Shown here: positions 1 to 14,825 of the stretch, one piece after another
Layout: the number at the start of each line of letters is the position of its first letter
How positions within the stretch are numbered: the stretch's first letter is position 1
NCBI RefSeq assembly: GCF_009914755.1
Contig: NC_060934.1
Length of the DNA: 64,000 nt
Strand: one strand, 5' to 3'
From: the human T2T-CHM13v2.0 reference genome, Homo sapiens
The notes under the pieces: model-generated
What the model was told of the DNA's origin: nothing
What the model saw: the letters and a program-made list of their open reading frames with translations, nothing else
Databases searched by the model: none
Program-made: the position numbers and the translations under genes

Positions 1-168
1 TGTTTATTCAGACTCTTCGTTTCTCTCGATGCCCCTACAGAGAGGTTTCTCATCACTCCATGTTTTCTCTCACTGTCTGTTTGGTGCCAAGCAAGGATAA
101 AGAATTCAGCCATCAAATAAATGTGCCTGTCATCAGTCATGTGCCTCAGCTGTTCTGTTGTTTATTAG

Positions 169-376
169 GTGAGTGGTTTACCGCCCCCGGAGCTGACATG
201 GCTACTCAATGGCCAACCTGTGCTACCAGATGCCTCCCACAAGATGCTGGTCAGGGAGACCGGAGTCCACTCTCTGCTCATTGACCCACTCACTCAGCGC
301 GACGCAGGGACCTATAAGTGCATCGCTACCAACAAAACCGGGCAGAATTCTTTTAGTCTGGAGCTCTCTGTAGTAG
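169..376 (+). CDS. MYPN: Myopalladin coding exon (4th from last; second half of an Ig-I domain)
   Basis: Acceptor tttattAG|GTG at 167-169, donor G|GTAAG at 376/377. Translates VSGLPPPELTWLLNGQPV...DAGTYKCIATNKTGQNSFSLELSVV (Ig W and DxGxYxC motifs). 208 nt, ends in phase 1. Confidence 0.95.
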
Positions 377-689
377 GTAAGGTTTGCTGCTGGGACCCCT
401 AAACACAACTTCCTCCAAAGTCATTACCCAAAGAGGCAGAGCCTCTGCCAGAATTCCTTCATCCTTTGCCCTACTAACTCCAATCTCAATTTCCCCTTCA
501 CTGTGGTAGGGGTGGTATTTCCCACATCACTTTCAAAAACATGCCAGTAATCTAAAATCATAATATGACACCATGTGCATAATACCCATTAAATAAATGA
601 GAGCCATTGTCATCATCAGTCAATCAATCAATCAATTAGCTGTCACTAAATTCCAGTTATTTGCCCTACAGTCCATCATTCCTGGAACA

Positions 690-1100
690 TACTAGGCTCT
701 TTGTCCTCTGTCTAAGCTTTCATGCCTTTGCACCAATGATCCCTCTACCTGAATGTCCTTTTCTACCTGAATGTCCTTTTCTGCCTGGCACCTCCTACTC
801 ATTCTGTAAGACCTAACTGAAATGTCACCACCAGGTACAGTGGATCCACCAGGCACAAATACCCCTTCCCAGCCTAACAACCGTAAAGTGTTTCCATAGC
901 ACTCAGAAAAGGAGAGATTCATAGAGCAGGTAGGGCCTTCTGTGTAAATGTTAATTATTTGCCTCCCTGAAGAGATGCTGAGCTCCTAAGGTCAGAGACT
1001 GTGGCTCGTCTTGCACATCTCCAGTGCCTCTGTCTCTCTTCTGCATATCTCAGTGCCTGGAACATGGAAGGTGCCCAAGAAATATTGAATCAATATCTAA
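690..1100 (-). mobile_element. L2 3' fragment (contains an 18-bp tandem duplication at about 744-779)
   Basis: gcctttgcac...gaatgtcctt, aaatgtcacc, cagtgcctggaacat...aaatattgaat are typical L2 3'-end motifs. Confidence 0.6.
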
Positions 1101-1251
1101 ACAAGTGAAACTTTATATTCTTAGATGATGTGAATGAAACACTGTAATGCCTATACATAAGGACAACAAGACATTGTCATCTGGGAGGTGCCAGCCCTGA
1201 AGTAAATTTCAGAATGCAGGAATTCTGGTGCTGGGCTTCCTTCTGCTCTCA

Positions 1252-1599
<348 letters not shown>

Positions 1600-2287
1600 C
1601 TAATCCTCTCTCTAGGCTAGTGGCGGTTTCCCCTGTATATCTTTTTCCTTCCCTCACTTTTAATTTCTTCTCACCAATAAAACAGGAAAAACTCATTCTG
1701 CAAGAATACATTGATTTCAGGCTTTTACCTTTATTCCACTATTTTGCTAAAAAATATTGACTTTGGAACCCTAAGACATGAGGTACCTTTACCTAAATTT
1801 GTCCTGGCCAAATCTCTAAAAGCCTCCTTGGGAAGCACAGTCTTGTGTGTGTGTGTTTTAGATAGTGTTATTCTGTAGGTGTCAGATTTTTGTGGAAAAA
1901 CTATTATGTCTTCTACAAAATAAAACTCCACCCCCAAAAATCTGTTTTAGTAAATAAAATATATGGTTCTCAAAATCTACTGTTGAGATATAAAAGAAAT
2001 TCCTTTAATTCCACCATTCCTGGCATTTGCATCCCATGCGAACGACCCAGATCCTCAAGTATTGCCTCTCGTGGGATGTGCAGAGATGGTTGCCCCATTT
2101 CTTTTTGTTTTTTAAACCATTTATGAAGCTTTTATCAAGGCAGTGATCCTCACTAAAAGACATGAGGAGTGTTCTGACCAGGAGGTAAGGTGGGTGCATG
2201 CCCACTCTGCTGAATTCCAGAACTGTGGTGACTGTGAGGCATGAACCTCAAAGTACTTACTATTCAAATAAGAATGACCCTTCTCCA

Positions 2288-2604
2288 CCAGGCACAGTGG
2301 CTTATGCCTGTAATCCCAGCACTTTGGGAGGCCAAGGCGGGTGGGTCACCTGAGGCCAGGAGTTCGAGATCAGCCTGGCCAACATGACGAAACCCCGTCT
2401 CTCCTAAAATGACAAAAATTAGCCAGGCTTGGCGGTGCACGCCTGTAGTCTCAGCTACTCGGGAGACTGAGGCAGGAGAATCACCTGAACCTGGCAGGGG
2501 AGGGGTGCAGGCAGAGGTTGCAGTGAGCTGAGATCTTGCCACCGCACTCCAGCCTGGGTGACAGAGCAAGACTCTGTCTCAAAAAAAAAAAAAAGAAAGA
2601 AAAA
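2288..2604 (+). mobile_element. AluS inserted in the MYPN 3' splice-site region
   Basis: Full dimer; TSD AAGAATGACCCTTCTC at 2270-2285 and 2605-2620. Confidence 0.92.
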
Positions 2605-2628
2605 AAGAATGACCCTTCTCTTGCTCAG

Positions 2629-2794
2629 CCAAAGAGGTGAAGAAAGCACCTGTGATCCTGGAGAAACTACAGAACTGCGGTGTTCCCGAAGGCCACCCCG
2701 TGAGACTGGAGTGCCGCGTGATAGGCATGCCCCCACCTGTGTTCTACTGGAAGAAAGACAATGAGACCATCCCTTGCACCAGAGAGAGGATCAG
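2629..2794 (+). CDS. MYPN: Myopalladin coding exon (3rd from last; start of last Ig domain)
   Basis: Acceptor ttgctcAG|CC, donor AG|GTACAG. G|CC completes Ala in frame with the previous exon, then [54 protein letters not shown]. 166 nt. Confidence 0.95.
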
Positions 2795-2950
2795 GTACAG
2801 CAGCCACCACATCCAGAGGGACTCCCACTCTCAGTGGGGCTTGTTGCGCCACCCAAATAAGTCTGCTGCTATTTGAGTCTGGCTTACTTCATTTAGAATA
2901 ATGCATTTGCGTTTCATTGATATTATTGTGTGTATTAAGAATGTATTCCT

Positions 2951-3405
<455 letters not shown>

Positions 3406-4081
3406 TTAAAGTAAGCTTAAGGATCCAGTTTCTTAAACTGGGTACGTTGCTTAATCTTCCCTAACCAACTTAGGGAAATGGCAATTTCTTTGCCATTTTG
3501 GTTTTATACCACAAGGGGACAAGTAAGTAAAGGTAGCTTCTGTACAAAACTTTCTACTGAGAATTATTTCACCACAGTAAACGGAAATTGCCCCAGAGAA
3601 TGCTGTAGCTGTTGGGTTTTAAAGAATTTTGACATCTAAAATATGTGTGTGTATTGTGTGTGTTGGGATTGTGGGGGTGTGGGGGTGTGCATTTTTCTAC
3701 AGTAAAACTTAAGCAAGAACAGAGAATAGTCTTGGGTTAATGCTCCAATCTAACAATGCAATATGTTAAACTAGATTAAACTATATACTCTAAATAAACT
3801 GAGGGTCTACAATTTTAAATATGGTTTTATTGGGCAAAAACAAAATCAATGTCTGGAAAGTTCATTCCCAGTCGAGGCTGACTGCTGGGACCGGGTGATT
3901 GCTCAGTCCTGGACTCTGAGGACCAGCTCGGTTTAGTCACCACTTCCTGGGGAAGGCAGTGGCAGGGGAGGGAGGAGGAGTGACTGAGATGCTGCCGTGG
4001 GGAAAGCCTAAGACTCAGAGACCGCTGCCCACTCACTGCCCATTCATCTTCCCCCTGCCTTTAGTGACAAGATGCCTGTCA

Positions 4082-4418
<337 letters not shown>

Positions 4419-4480
4419 TTAAACTCATAGTGATTAGCTTCTGAAAACCACACACCTAGGAACATCTGAATGGTCCTAAA

Positions 4481-4510
4481 ACGCGCACGCACACACACAC
4501 ACACACACAT

Positions 4511-4551
<41 letters not shown>
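4481..4551. repeat. Compound (CA)n(GA)n microsatellite
   Basis: Read directly. Confidence 0.95.
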
Positions 4552-4553
<2 letters not shown>

Positions 4554-4651
4554 CAGTTGCTCCTCAACTTACGATGGACTTACCTGGATGTAACCCCATC
4601 ATAAATTGAGGAGCATGTGGAATGCAAGCATCCTAAGTCAGGAACTGCCTG
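4554..4651. mobile_element. Tigger5/MER47-like miniature inverted-repeat element
   Basis: TA|CAGTTGCTCCTCAACTTACGATGG..., an inverted copy at 4596-4615, and end ...AAGTCAGGAACTGCCTG|TA. Confidence 0.6.
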
Positions 4652-5243
4652 TATATCACTGTGATTATAACTGTGTTGTAAGTGTTGTAAGTATTTATGG
4701 TTTTCATGTCCCTGCCTTCTCTCACCTATATACCTCTGCTCAGGACATTCCTTCTTTGGGAACTCTCTTCGCCTTCTTCTCTACCTCCACGCTGCAGCCC
4801 ACTTCCCTAATGTCTGTTATCCCTTAATACTCACCTCAAACATCATCTTTCTAAGGAAGAGCAGTGCCCCTGCTTCCTCCCCAGCTTGGTCCAGGACTGA
4901 GTTGATGTTCTTCTACCAGCAACTGTTGCACGTAGTCACAATTGTTAGTACTAATGGTTTCATTCTCTCTCCCACGACTAGACTGTGAGCATCTTGAAGG
5001 AAGAGACCACGTCTTCTTTGTTTTCGTATGTCCTGACTCTTCACAACACCCAATGCCTTTCACCTAGTAGCATATTATGTAAGATGAAGGAATTACAAAC
5101 AAATGCATGAATTTCCACGGCTATTGCCTCACCTCACTAAACTACAGCAATAGCACCCTAATGTGTCTCTCTGCGGCCAGGCTCAAGCCCTATTCAATAC
5201 CCCTCCTCACCACTGTGAGAATGACCTTTTAAGAATGCAAACT

Positions 5244-5580
<337 letters not shown>

Positions 5581-6184
5581 TTAAAATATATCATTAGTTT
5601 CCCATAATCTGAGAGGAAGGGTCCCGTCCCTTTACCATAGTGCACGTGACCCTCTCCCCTGCCTTCTTCCTAGTCCCCCCACTTGCCAGTACCCCGTGTG
5701 CACTCCAACCCCAGCTGTAAGGAATATGCCATGATCCCTCCCACACCACCACGCCTTTGTGCAGGCTGTTCCACCACCTGGAACAGCCACATCCCACCAT
5801 CCCTGTGAGTTTCCACTCGACCTTTGAGACTGAGCTGGAGCACATCTTCTGGGAAGTTTTCCCACCCTTGAATTGGCTACATTATATTTCAGTGCTTGAG
5901 AAATAGATTTTTAAAGTAATCTCGTCTTAGTCGTCTCAGGTCTTTATACAGTGTTACATTTTTCTGTGAGCCTAACCTCACATATGCTGGTGCTTCTGAA
6001 CATCCAGTATCTTCATGCCTCCTTCTTGATGCCTGTGGCTTCCCAGAATAACCTTTTCCCCTCTGTCTTCCCCAGGCATCTTTCCCACGACATTACTCTA
6101 GCATTTGTTGCATTCTATTTATCTTTATTTCTACTTATTTATCTTTTATTTATTTATTTTCCATTAAACTTAGGGATCCTTCTA

Positions 6185-6519
<335 letters not shown>

Positions 6520-6929
6520 TCATCTTTACACCCTCAGCACCCAAGGCAGTAGCACCTAGCATTTTCCCCAACATAGTATTCGTAAGTGTTTACTAAAGAA
6601 ATATATCAAAGAATGAATGGATTAATTAATTGACTAATCAGAAGGTGAAGGTAGCCAATGTGTTAGTGTAGTGAAATTGTGGTGGATATTTTATTACTTT
6701 ATTCTTGTTATACTTGTTATTGATTGATTTATTCTTTATTCTTATTACTTTATAAATTCTTAGACATAATAACTTTCAATGAAAGGTAAACACTTATTCA
6801 TCCTTTGAGCTCAGGAAGCCGTTGCTGTTGCCCCTACTGTGCAAATGAGCTGTGGCAGCCCCAGAGGAGAGCTTGGAAGTATGAGTGATAAGAGGGCCAG
6901 GCCAACAAGGGGTGTAGGGAACATGTGGC

Positions 6930-7075
6930 CCTATGGTTTTTGATCCATGGCTGCATATTGCAATTACTGGGGAGTTTCCAAAAATCCTAATGCTTGGATC
7001 CCAGCCTTTGATTCTGATATAATTACCTGGGATATGGCCTGGGATTCCAATATGCAGTCAAGGTGAAAAACTATG
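6930..7075. mobile_element. MER5-like hAT-Charlie element
   Basis: ggctgcatattgcaattactggggag...attctgatataatt...ccaatatgcagtcaaggtgaaaaact. Confidence 0.6.
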
Positions 7076-7573
7076 GATGTGGAGAAAAACAGAAGGAAAC
7101 AGCAGGCTGATTTCCTCCTAAACCTCGTGAAGCTGGAAGCTGCACGAGCCCAGCTGGTTACATTAGGAAATGCCGTCTATGCTGCCAGTTCATCCACCCC
7201 CTGGCTCTATTTTGTCTTGCTTTCCCTGTTCATCCCAGAGCATCCTAACAAAGTTATCGATGAAATGTCCAACCTTGTTTGGAAAAGAGATCTTTCTGAA
7301 CTTTGGTTGTGAAAATTGGGGGTTCTGCTGGTGGGGAGCGCAACTTCAGTGGACTTGCAGCAGTGGGGAGGGCAACAGCAGGTCTCAGCCCCAGCTGCCC
7401 CCTCCTCCTAGCATGATTAAGCTCACTGCTGCTCTTCTGTGACGTCTTCCACCTTCAAATTTGTCTTGATGTCTGCCTTAAGCTGAGTTCCCCCTTCTTC
7501 CTGGAACCCTAAATTTGACAAAGGCATTTCTGCCCCCCGATAAAATATAGGTATATTCTCTCTTTTTCTCCAG

Positions 7574-7707
7574 TATGCACCAGGACACAACAGGGTATGC
7601 CTGCCTTCTCATTCAGCCAGCCAAGAAATCAGACGCTGGATGGTACACGTTGTCAGCCAAGAATGAAGCCGGCATCGTGTCGTGCACTGCCAGGCTGGAT
7701 ATATACG
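7574..7707 (+). CDS. MYPN: Myopalladin penultimate coding exon
   Basis: Polypyrimidine tract plus cAG at 7572-7573. AG|T gives Ser, then MHQDTTGYACLLIQPAKKSDAGWYTLSAKNEAGIVSCTARLDIY, donor G|GTAAG. Too short for the ORF track. Confidence 0.95.
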
Positions 7708-7778
7708 GTAAGTGTAATGCTGTTAGTTGAACATCTGTATGCAACTGACAGCTTAAAAATATTTTTTTAAAGATAAAT

Positions 7779-8138
<360 letters not shown>

Positions 8139-10469
8139 TTAAGAGATAGATTTTAAAAGTCATCTCATCCTGGTTACCTCAGGGCGTTTGTACACTTTTA
8201 CATTTTACTATGAGCTTCACCTTCTTCCAGAACAGTGCCTCTAATACCAGGAATTACAGCTAGTCCAGAGTTTGCAAGTGCTTGTGCCTCTGAACAGCCA
8301 ATGTTTTCTTGCCATCTCCTTGCTGCCGCGGGCCACCCACTGGAACTTCCCACTGCCTGTGATGCCCCGGCAGAATTTTTGAAACTCCTTTCATTTATTC
8401 CTTTAACAAATGTGTGTTCTCCAATCCCCCAGACTTCTCTAATAATAGAGAGCTGTCCTAATAATAATAATAATATCAAGTGACATTTGTAGAATGACAC
8501 ATAGGCTCCCCTCTCTCGTCCAAAGGCGGGATTCAAAGTGATACCTTTAAATCTCCCAGACCCATGAGATTATTATAATTGTAGTTACCTTCATTTAACG
8601 CTGAAAATTACATGAGAGTAACAACATTGTACAGGCTGTCCCACCACCTGGAACAGCCCACCCCACCCTCCCTGTGAGTTTCCACTCAACCTTTTAGACT
8701 GAGCTGGAGCACGTCTTCTGGAAAGCTCCCCCACACTTAAATTGACTGTGCTATATATTTAGTGGAAGACTTGGAGAGGTTAATGACTACAGCTAGGAAG
8801 CAAATCTAGGCCTTTGCATTGTTTCTTTGAACCACATTTCCAATTTTCAAAAGGATCTAAGAAATAAATTTTTATTTATGTATTTGTGTGCTCAATCCTA
8901 CACTTTTTGACATTAACTGGTATTTTTAGAGACATATTTCTTAACCCAAAAGAGTGGTTTTTTTAATCCTTTTTGAAAAAACATAATTGATTAGAAAATC
9001 TCACATTCAAAACTGGCTTAACCTAATTAGCCAAAATAATAAATAAGACTAGCTCTGTCTATTACCTGATAGATCTCTCTGCTATTTATGGTTGCATAGC
9101 AGGTATTCCCTTTATTTAGTACCATACAGGAGGGGCTTCAGCCTGCCATTTTCTCTAGGTCTAGTTTTTGGAGAAAATATATAATTTTCTGGTTATTTTC
9201 CCTTATCCTAGGACTTGAGAAGAGATTAAACTGTAAAGGAAGCAGACACTAATGTACTTTTCCCTGGAGAAATCGGGGGAGAAAGAGGCCAGTAGTGATA
9301 TGTTCCTTAATCAAGGCTCAGTCCTTAACCATTTCCCAGTCTTCACCAAGTCAGAAGGCAGTAGGTCTCCAACTGAGAAACTCCCCACCAACAAGCCCTG
9401 AAACAGATGACTCTTGTGCCAATCCTGCCCTCCAGTGGCTGAGTTTCCAGGTCACTTTGCCCTGGCTCTCCTCTCCCTTTCGTTCCTGTCCTGCTTCCAT
9501 AGCACCAACAATAGGCAGTGCTGTTTCCTCAGTTGGGACCTAGGATGGAGGACGCGTGGAGGACTTGGGCTGGAATCGATTCCCTTCCCCGCCACCACAC
9601 TTCCTGCCTTTCTGAGGAATAGGGACACGTAGGGCTCCCCTCTCTTCTCTCACTTCCTAATCCTAGGAAATGCAGTAGTCCAGTTAAGATGTCAGAGAGA
9701 GCCGGGAAGGGCTAAGAGATGGAGGGGCTGGGAGGAGAGACTGCGCAAGAGCAGGCCTTACTGAGTGTCTGCTCTTTAGTGAAACCGCTCTAGGTTTGGT
9801 CCTCCAAATTTTGATTTTTCTGAATTCACTCAGAGGTATGTAGACTGGAAAACTGAATCAAGATGATGAAATCAACAAAGGACCAATTTCTAAATCAGAA
9901 TGCTAGAAAGGGGCACAGCTTTCCAGGACCCAGAGCACGAGAGTTCCCCACCTAGGGAACGCCCTTCTGCACACCAAGGTCCCCAGAAACCTAATCAGAA
10001 GATTGCCCAGTAATTTCTGAATCAGAAACCACAGCAGAGACTGTGAAGTTTGGACAGATAGCTCGCTCAGGCCATGTTCAAACCTTAAAGTCATATCTGC
10101 TAAAAACAGCAGCACTTGGTGAACATAGAAACTCTAATAAATTATCTTTTGTCCCTGAACCATGGTTGATTGTATCTAAATTACTTTTCAGTCTTCTTGC
10201 TGTAACAATAGAACCTGATTAGGGAGGTGGGTAGGTAGGTAATGACTGATTAGGGTGATTAGGGTGTGAGGTAGGCACTGCTCAGAGGGGCAAACCCATT
10301 GTTTGGCTTTCATTTCTGCAGCTTTCTTGTCTCTATCTTTTGAGGTACCCTCTTTGAGAGCCTACAACCCTCTGTACACTGCCCCTAACAGGTCTTCATG
10401 GTAGGACGCTGGAAGGGGATAAGCTTGAGAAATCACCCTCGTCACCCACTCTTCCATCTTATAGAATTC

Positions 10470-10796
10470 TTTTCTTTTTTTTTTTTTTTTTTGTTTGTTT
10501 TTTTCTTTTTTTGAGATGGAGTCTCGCTCTGTCGCCCAGGTGAAGTGGCATGCCTTGGTGTGATCTTGGCTCACTGCAACCTCTGCCTCCTGGGTTCAAG
10601 TGATTCTCGTGCCTCAGCATCCTGAGTAGCTGGGATTACAGGTGTATGCCACCATGCTCAGCTAATTTTTGTATTTAGTAGAAACTGGGTTTCGCCATGT
10701 TGGCCAGCCTGGTCTTGAACTCCTGAGCTCAAGTGATGTGCCCTTTTCAGCCTCCCAAAGTGCTGGGATTACAGGCATAAGCCACCGTGCCTGGCC
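10470..10796 (-). mobile_element. Alu (antisense, MYPN last intron)
   Basis: Poly-T followed by reverse Alu dimer. Confidence 0.9.
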
Positions 10797-11089
10797 GCAT
10801 CTTAGAGGAATTCTAATCTCTCACTTGTAGGATTCTAATCTCTTACTGAATTAGAATCACAGATTTTGGAATTAGGGGCTTAAGATATCACCAGCACAGT
10901 TTCCTTATTCCTGGCAGGGAAGGCTTTATTGTTCTCTTCTACAAACGAGGCAATTCAGACCCAGGTATAGTTATATGCTTTACCAAGAATGCTCAGGGAG
11001 AATCGGGGTGAGGACAGAATGCACCTCTGCAGTGTACATGCTGGACTGCATTCCTTTGATCATAACACATTATTTGGTCCATTTTCCAG

Positions 11090-11259
11090 CTCAGTGGCAC
11101 CATCAGATCCCACCGCCCATGTCTGTCCGGCCCAGTGGCAGTCGCTACGGATCTCTCACCAGTAAAGGACTTGACATATTTTCTGCCTTTTCCTCCATGG
11201 AAAGCACGATGGTGTATTCATGCTCTTCTCGGAGTGTAGTGGAGAGTGATGAACTTTAA
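11090..11259 (+). CDS. MYPN: Myopalladin last exon, coding part
   Basis: Acceptor attttccAG|CT. G|CT gives Ala, then QWHHQIPPPMSVRPSG...SRSVVESDEL* (TAA ends 11259). ESDEL fits the E[ST][DE][DE]L PDZ-binding terminus of the palladin/myotilin/myopalladin family. Confidence 0.95.
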
Positions 11260-12825
11260 GAATGTCTAGGTACCTGCTGTGTAAGAGAGCGGACTGTGGA
11301 GGGGGAATGAGAACAAGCCAGACTTGGTGGTTTCCAAGCAACCGAAGTTGAGTAAGTTCCCACACTGCTGGACCTGTGGCAAAGAGTGCTTTGAATAAGT
11401 CAGCTAGGGATTCTTGCAGTCTCAGCTGAGGGAGAAAGGTAGGGCTGTGCCTTCTAAAGATTCCAACAGAGATGTGAGAAGATAATACAGATGAACCAAA
11501 GATGTCACACAGTTGCCATCCACTGCTTTGGGAAAAAACTAGCATGCTCCCCTGCTCCCTGTTGTGTTAGGGATGTTTAGGTCATACTAGGAGCAATTAG
11601 GAGCCATATGCCTGGGCTGAGAAGAGCTAGGCAGTAGTGACCTTAGGATATGACTAACTCACCAAACAATGCCAAGGAGAAAGGCGGACAGGTCACCATC
11701 ACCTTTCATCGATTACATGTATAGCAGTAGTTTTGGTGAATTCACCAAATCAGCTTCCACTTAGCATTAGGAGGTCATGCCATACAACTCACGTATGCGG
11801 GCAAACACTTTTGATTTGCATATCCTGGGTGTACTGAGCCACATAATAAGGTGTCAAAATGTGCTTGAGATTCCAAAAACTTGCTGAAACACTTGATATT
11901 GCACAGTGCACTTATTTTGTGGCCAAAGCATGGCCTTACCACCTTGTCTGCACTATTTTCTTTTGGGTGGTGACTGTTTTTTTCTGACTTTGCATATCCC
12001 TAGACACTAGAACTAAAGGATTGGTAATAAACCAATCAGAAAGAAATCCTCTGTGGGGTCACTTTAAAAACTACTAGCTTCAACTACCACTTACAAAATG
12101 TGCAAGAGTCATCATTTGCCCATAAAATACACCTCATGGGCTCCTACCCCTTTCCCCAAAAGTCTGAAAGTGTAGGAGGAAGGAAAGATACAAACAAGGA
12201 GAGGAAATGATGGGAGAGTGTTGTTTTTGTCACTTGCCCCAGCAGAGCAGGGGTTTTGGAAGGAGAGGTCTTTAATAGCTTTGAAATGCTTTGAGATCAT
12301 TGGTCAAATTGCATTTTCTATGTAGAGAATATTCTGCTAGGTGGAAAAGTTGGGAGAAAGGGGAATATGCATCTTTATTCTAATCACCAATTCAAACCCT
12401 GCCTCTTAAGGAATTTTTAGACTTAAGTTCACTGTGATATCCCTAGTACCTAGAAGAGTACCTAGCACAAAGTAGACATTCAATAAATATTTGCTGGTTG
12501 AATGAATCTTCTGTTATTATGTCTATTATAAGATAACCTAATCTTATATTCTGCAGGAATATGCCACCCACACACCAGTCCAAACACTGCCCTGGGAATG
12601 CTCATCACAGCACAGTTTGCTCTAGGCTGTACAGGGAAATGAATTGCAGGTGTCTGTTTTCAATTCCCTGTGCTGGAATCCCTGGTGCTGTCTGTGCCAA
12701 GCACACTCAGCTGGCATTGTATTTGTGTGAACAGACAGTAACTGCTTAGAAAGGCTTGAAACTGTCTTCACTTCAAGGCAAGGATTTCCAGCATAAAAAT
12801 AAATTCATTCACTGGAGAAATCATT
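11260..12825 (+). other. MYPN: MYPN 3' UTR (approximate end)
   Basis: Follows the stop codon; AATAAA at 12026-12031, 12482-12487 and 12798-12803; TG-rich sequence after the last one. Confidence 0.7.
12798..12803 (+). terminator. Likely distal polyadenylation signal of MYPN
   Basis: AATAAA followed about 25 nt later by T/GT-rich tttgtatgtctactctgtatg. Confidence 0.65.
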
Positions 12826-13235
12826 TGTATGTCTACTCTGTATGAGATGCTGTGCTAGATACTGCGGCAGATATAAAGATATGAACAAGTCACAGTCCCT
12901 ACCCTCAGGGAGCTCACAACCTATTAGGGAAGGTAATATTTGAGGTGTGCAGAATGCTGTCTCTTGAAGCAAAATAGAAGTTTCTAGTGCTCTTCATTCT
13001 ATTTTTTTATAACTTTAAAAATCTTTTCAATCTTTATTTCTTAATGAAACAAAATGCCATAGGTTACATCCTCAAGCAATAACTATTTCAATTATTCAGC
13101 AGAATTATTAGATTCTGTTTTTTAATGTATTCAGTAACAGCAGTAAAATACAGGCATCCTTAATGGAATAGAATGCATTTCATATGGAATCCAGTGAAAT
13201 ATTGTTTCCATATTGACTTCTGAGATCTCTTATAA

Positions 13236-13637
<402 letters not shown>

Positions 13638-13714
13638 TAATTCTCCCATGAAAGGATGTTCTTCATCTCTGTGTTTTAGCTTTCTGAACAGAAAACTAAG
13701 ATAAATATTACATT

Positions 13715-13733
13715 TGGCAACTAGGTGGCGTTG
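13715..13733 (+). promoter_or_regulatory. CTCF motif candidate
   Basis: TGGCAACTAGGTGGCGTTG versus consensus TGGCCACCAGGGGGCGCTA; core AGGTGGCG intact; in non-repeat sequence between two genes. Confidence 0.6.
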
Positions 13734-13796
13734 TCTCACCCCAAACATTAACAGGCCTAAAAATTACTGAAATTTGAGCTATTAGATTATGTTAAA

Positions 13797-14005
13797 GCGG
13801 GGTTTCCCAACCTCAATACTACCGACACTTTGGACTGGATAATTCTCTGTTATGGAGGACTGTCCTGTGCATTGTAGAATGTTTAGCAACATCCCTGGCC
13901 TCTATCCACTAGTTGTTCTTCCCCAAGTTGTGGCAGCCCAAAATGTCTTCAGACATGGCCGTATGTTCCCTGAAAGGCAGAATCCCCCTTTGTTGAGAAC
14001 CACTG
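13797..14005 (+). mobile_element. MER20
   Basis: ggactgtcctgtgcattgtagaatgtttagcaacatccctggcctctatccactag...gttgagaaccactg. Confidence 0.85.
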
Positions 14006-14291
14006 TGTCAAACAAATCAAGGCCCTGCTTTAAGAATTCCATTAGAACTCAACCGAGCACAATGACTGTAATCCTGGCACTTTGGGAGGCTGAGGCAGGA
14101 GGATCGCTTGAGCCCAAGAGTTCGAGGCCAGCTTAGGCAACATAGTGAGACGCTATCCCTACAAAATATTGACTTCAAAAAAGAATCCAATTAGAATTCA
14201 ATTACAATGAGGAATATTTGAATAAAAATTTTAGTTCCATTGGATGTTTGTTTTCAACATATCCAAAATCAGATTCATCTTCCCTTTATAA

Positions 14292-14825
<534 letters not shown>

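Noticed and set aside
744-779. 18-bp tandem duplication giving EKDIQVEKDIQV in a minus-strand ORF
   Set aside because: Simple slippage inside an L2 fragment; no coding evidence.
11245-11259. C-terminal SDEL as an ER-retention signal
   Set aside because: Myopalladin is sarcomeric/nuclear; ESDEL is the family's known PDZ-binding motif.
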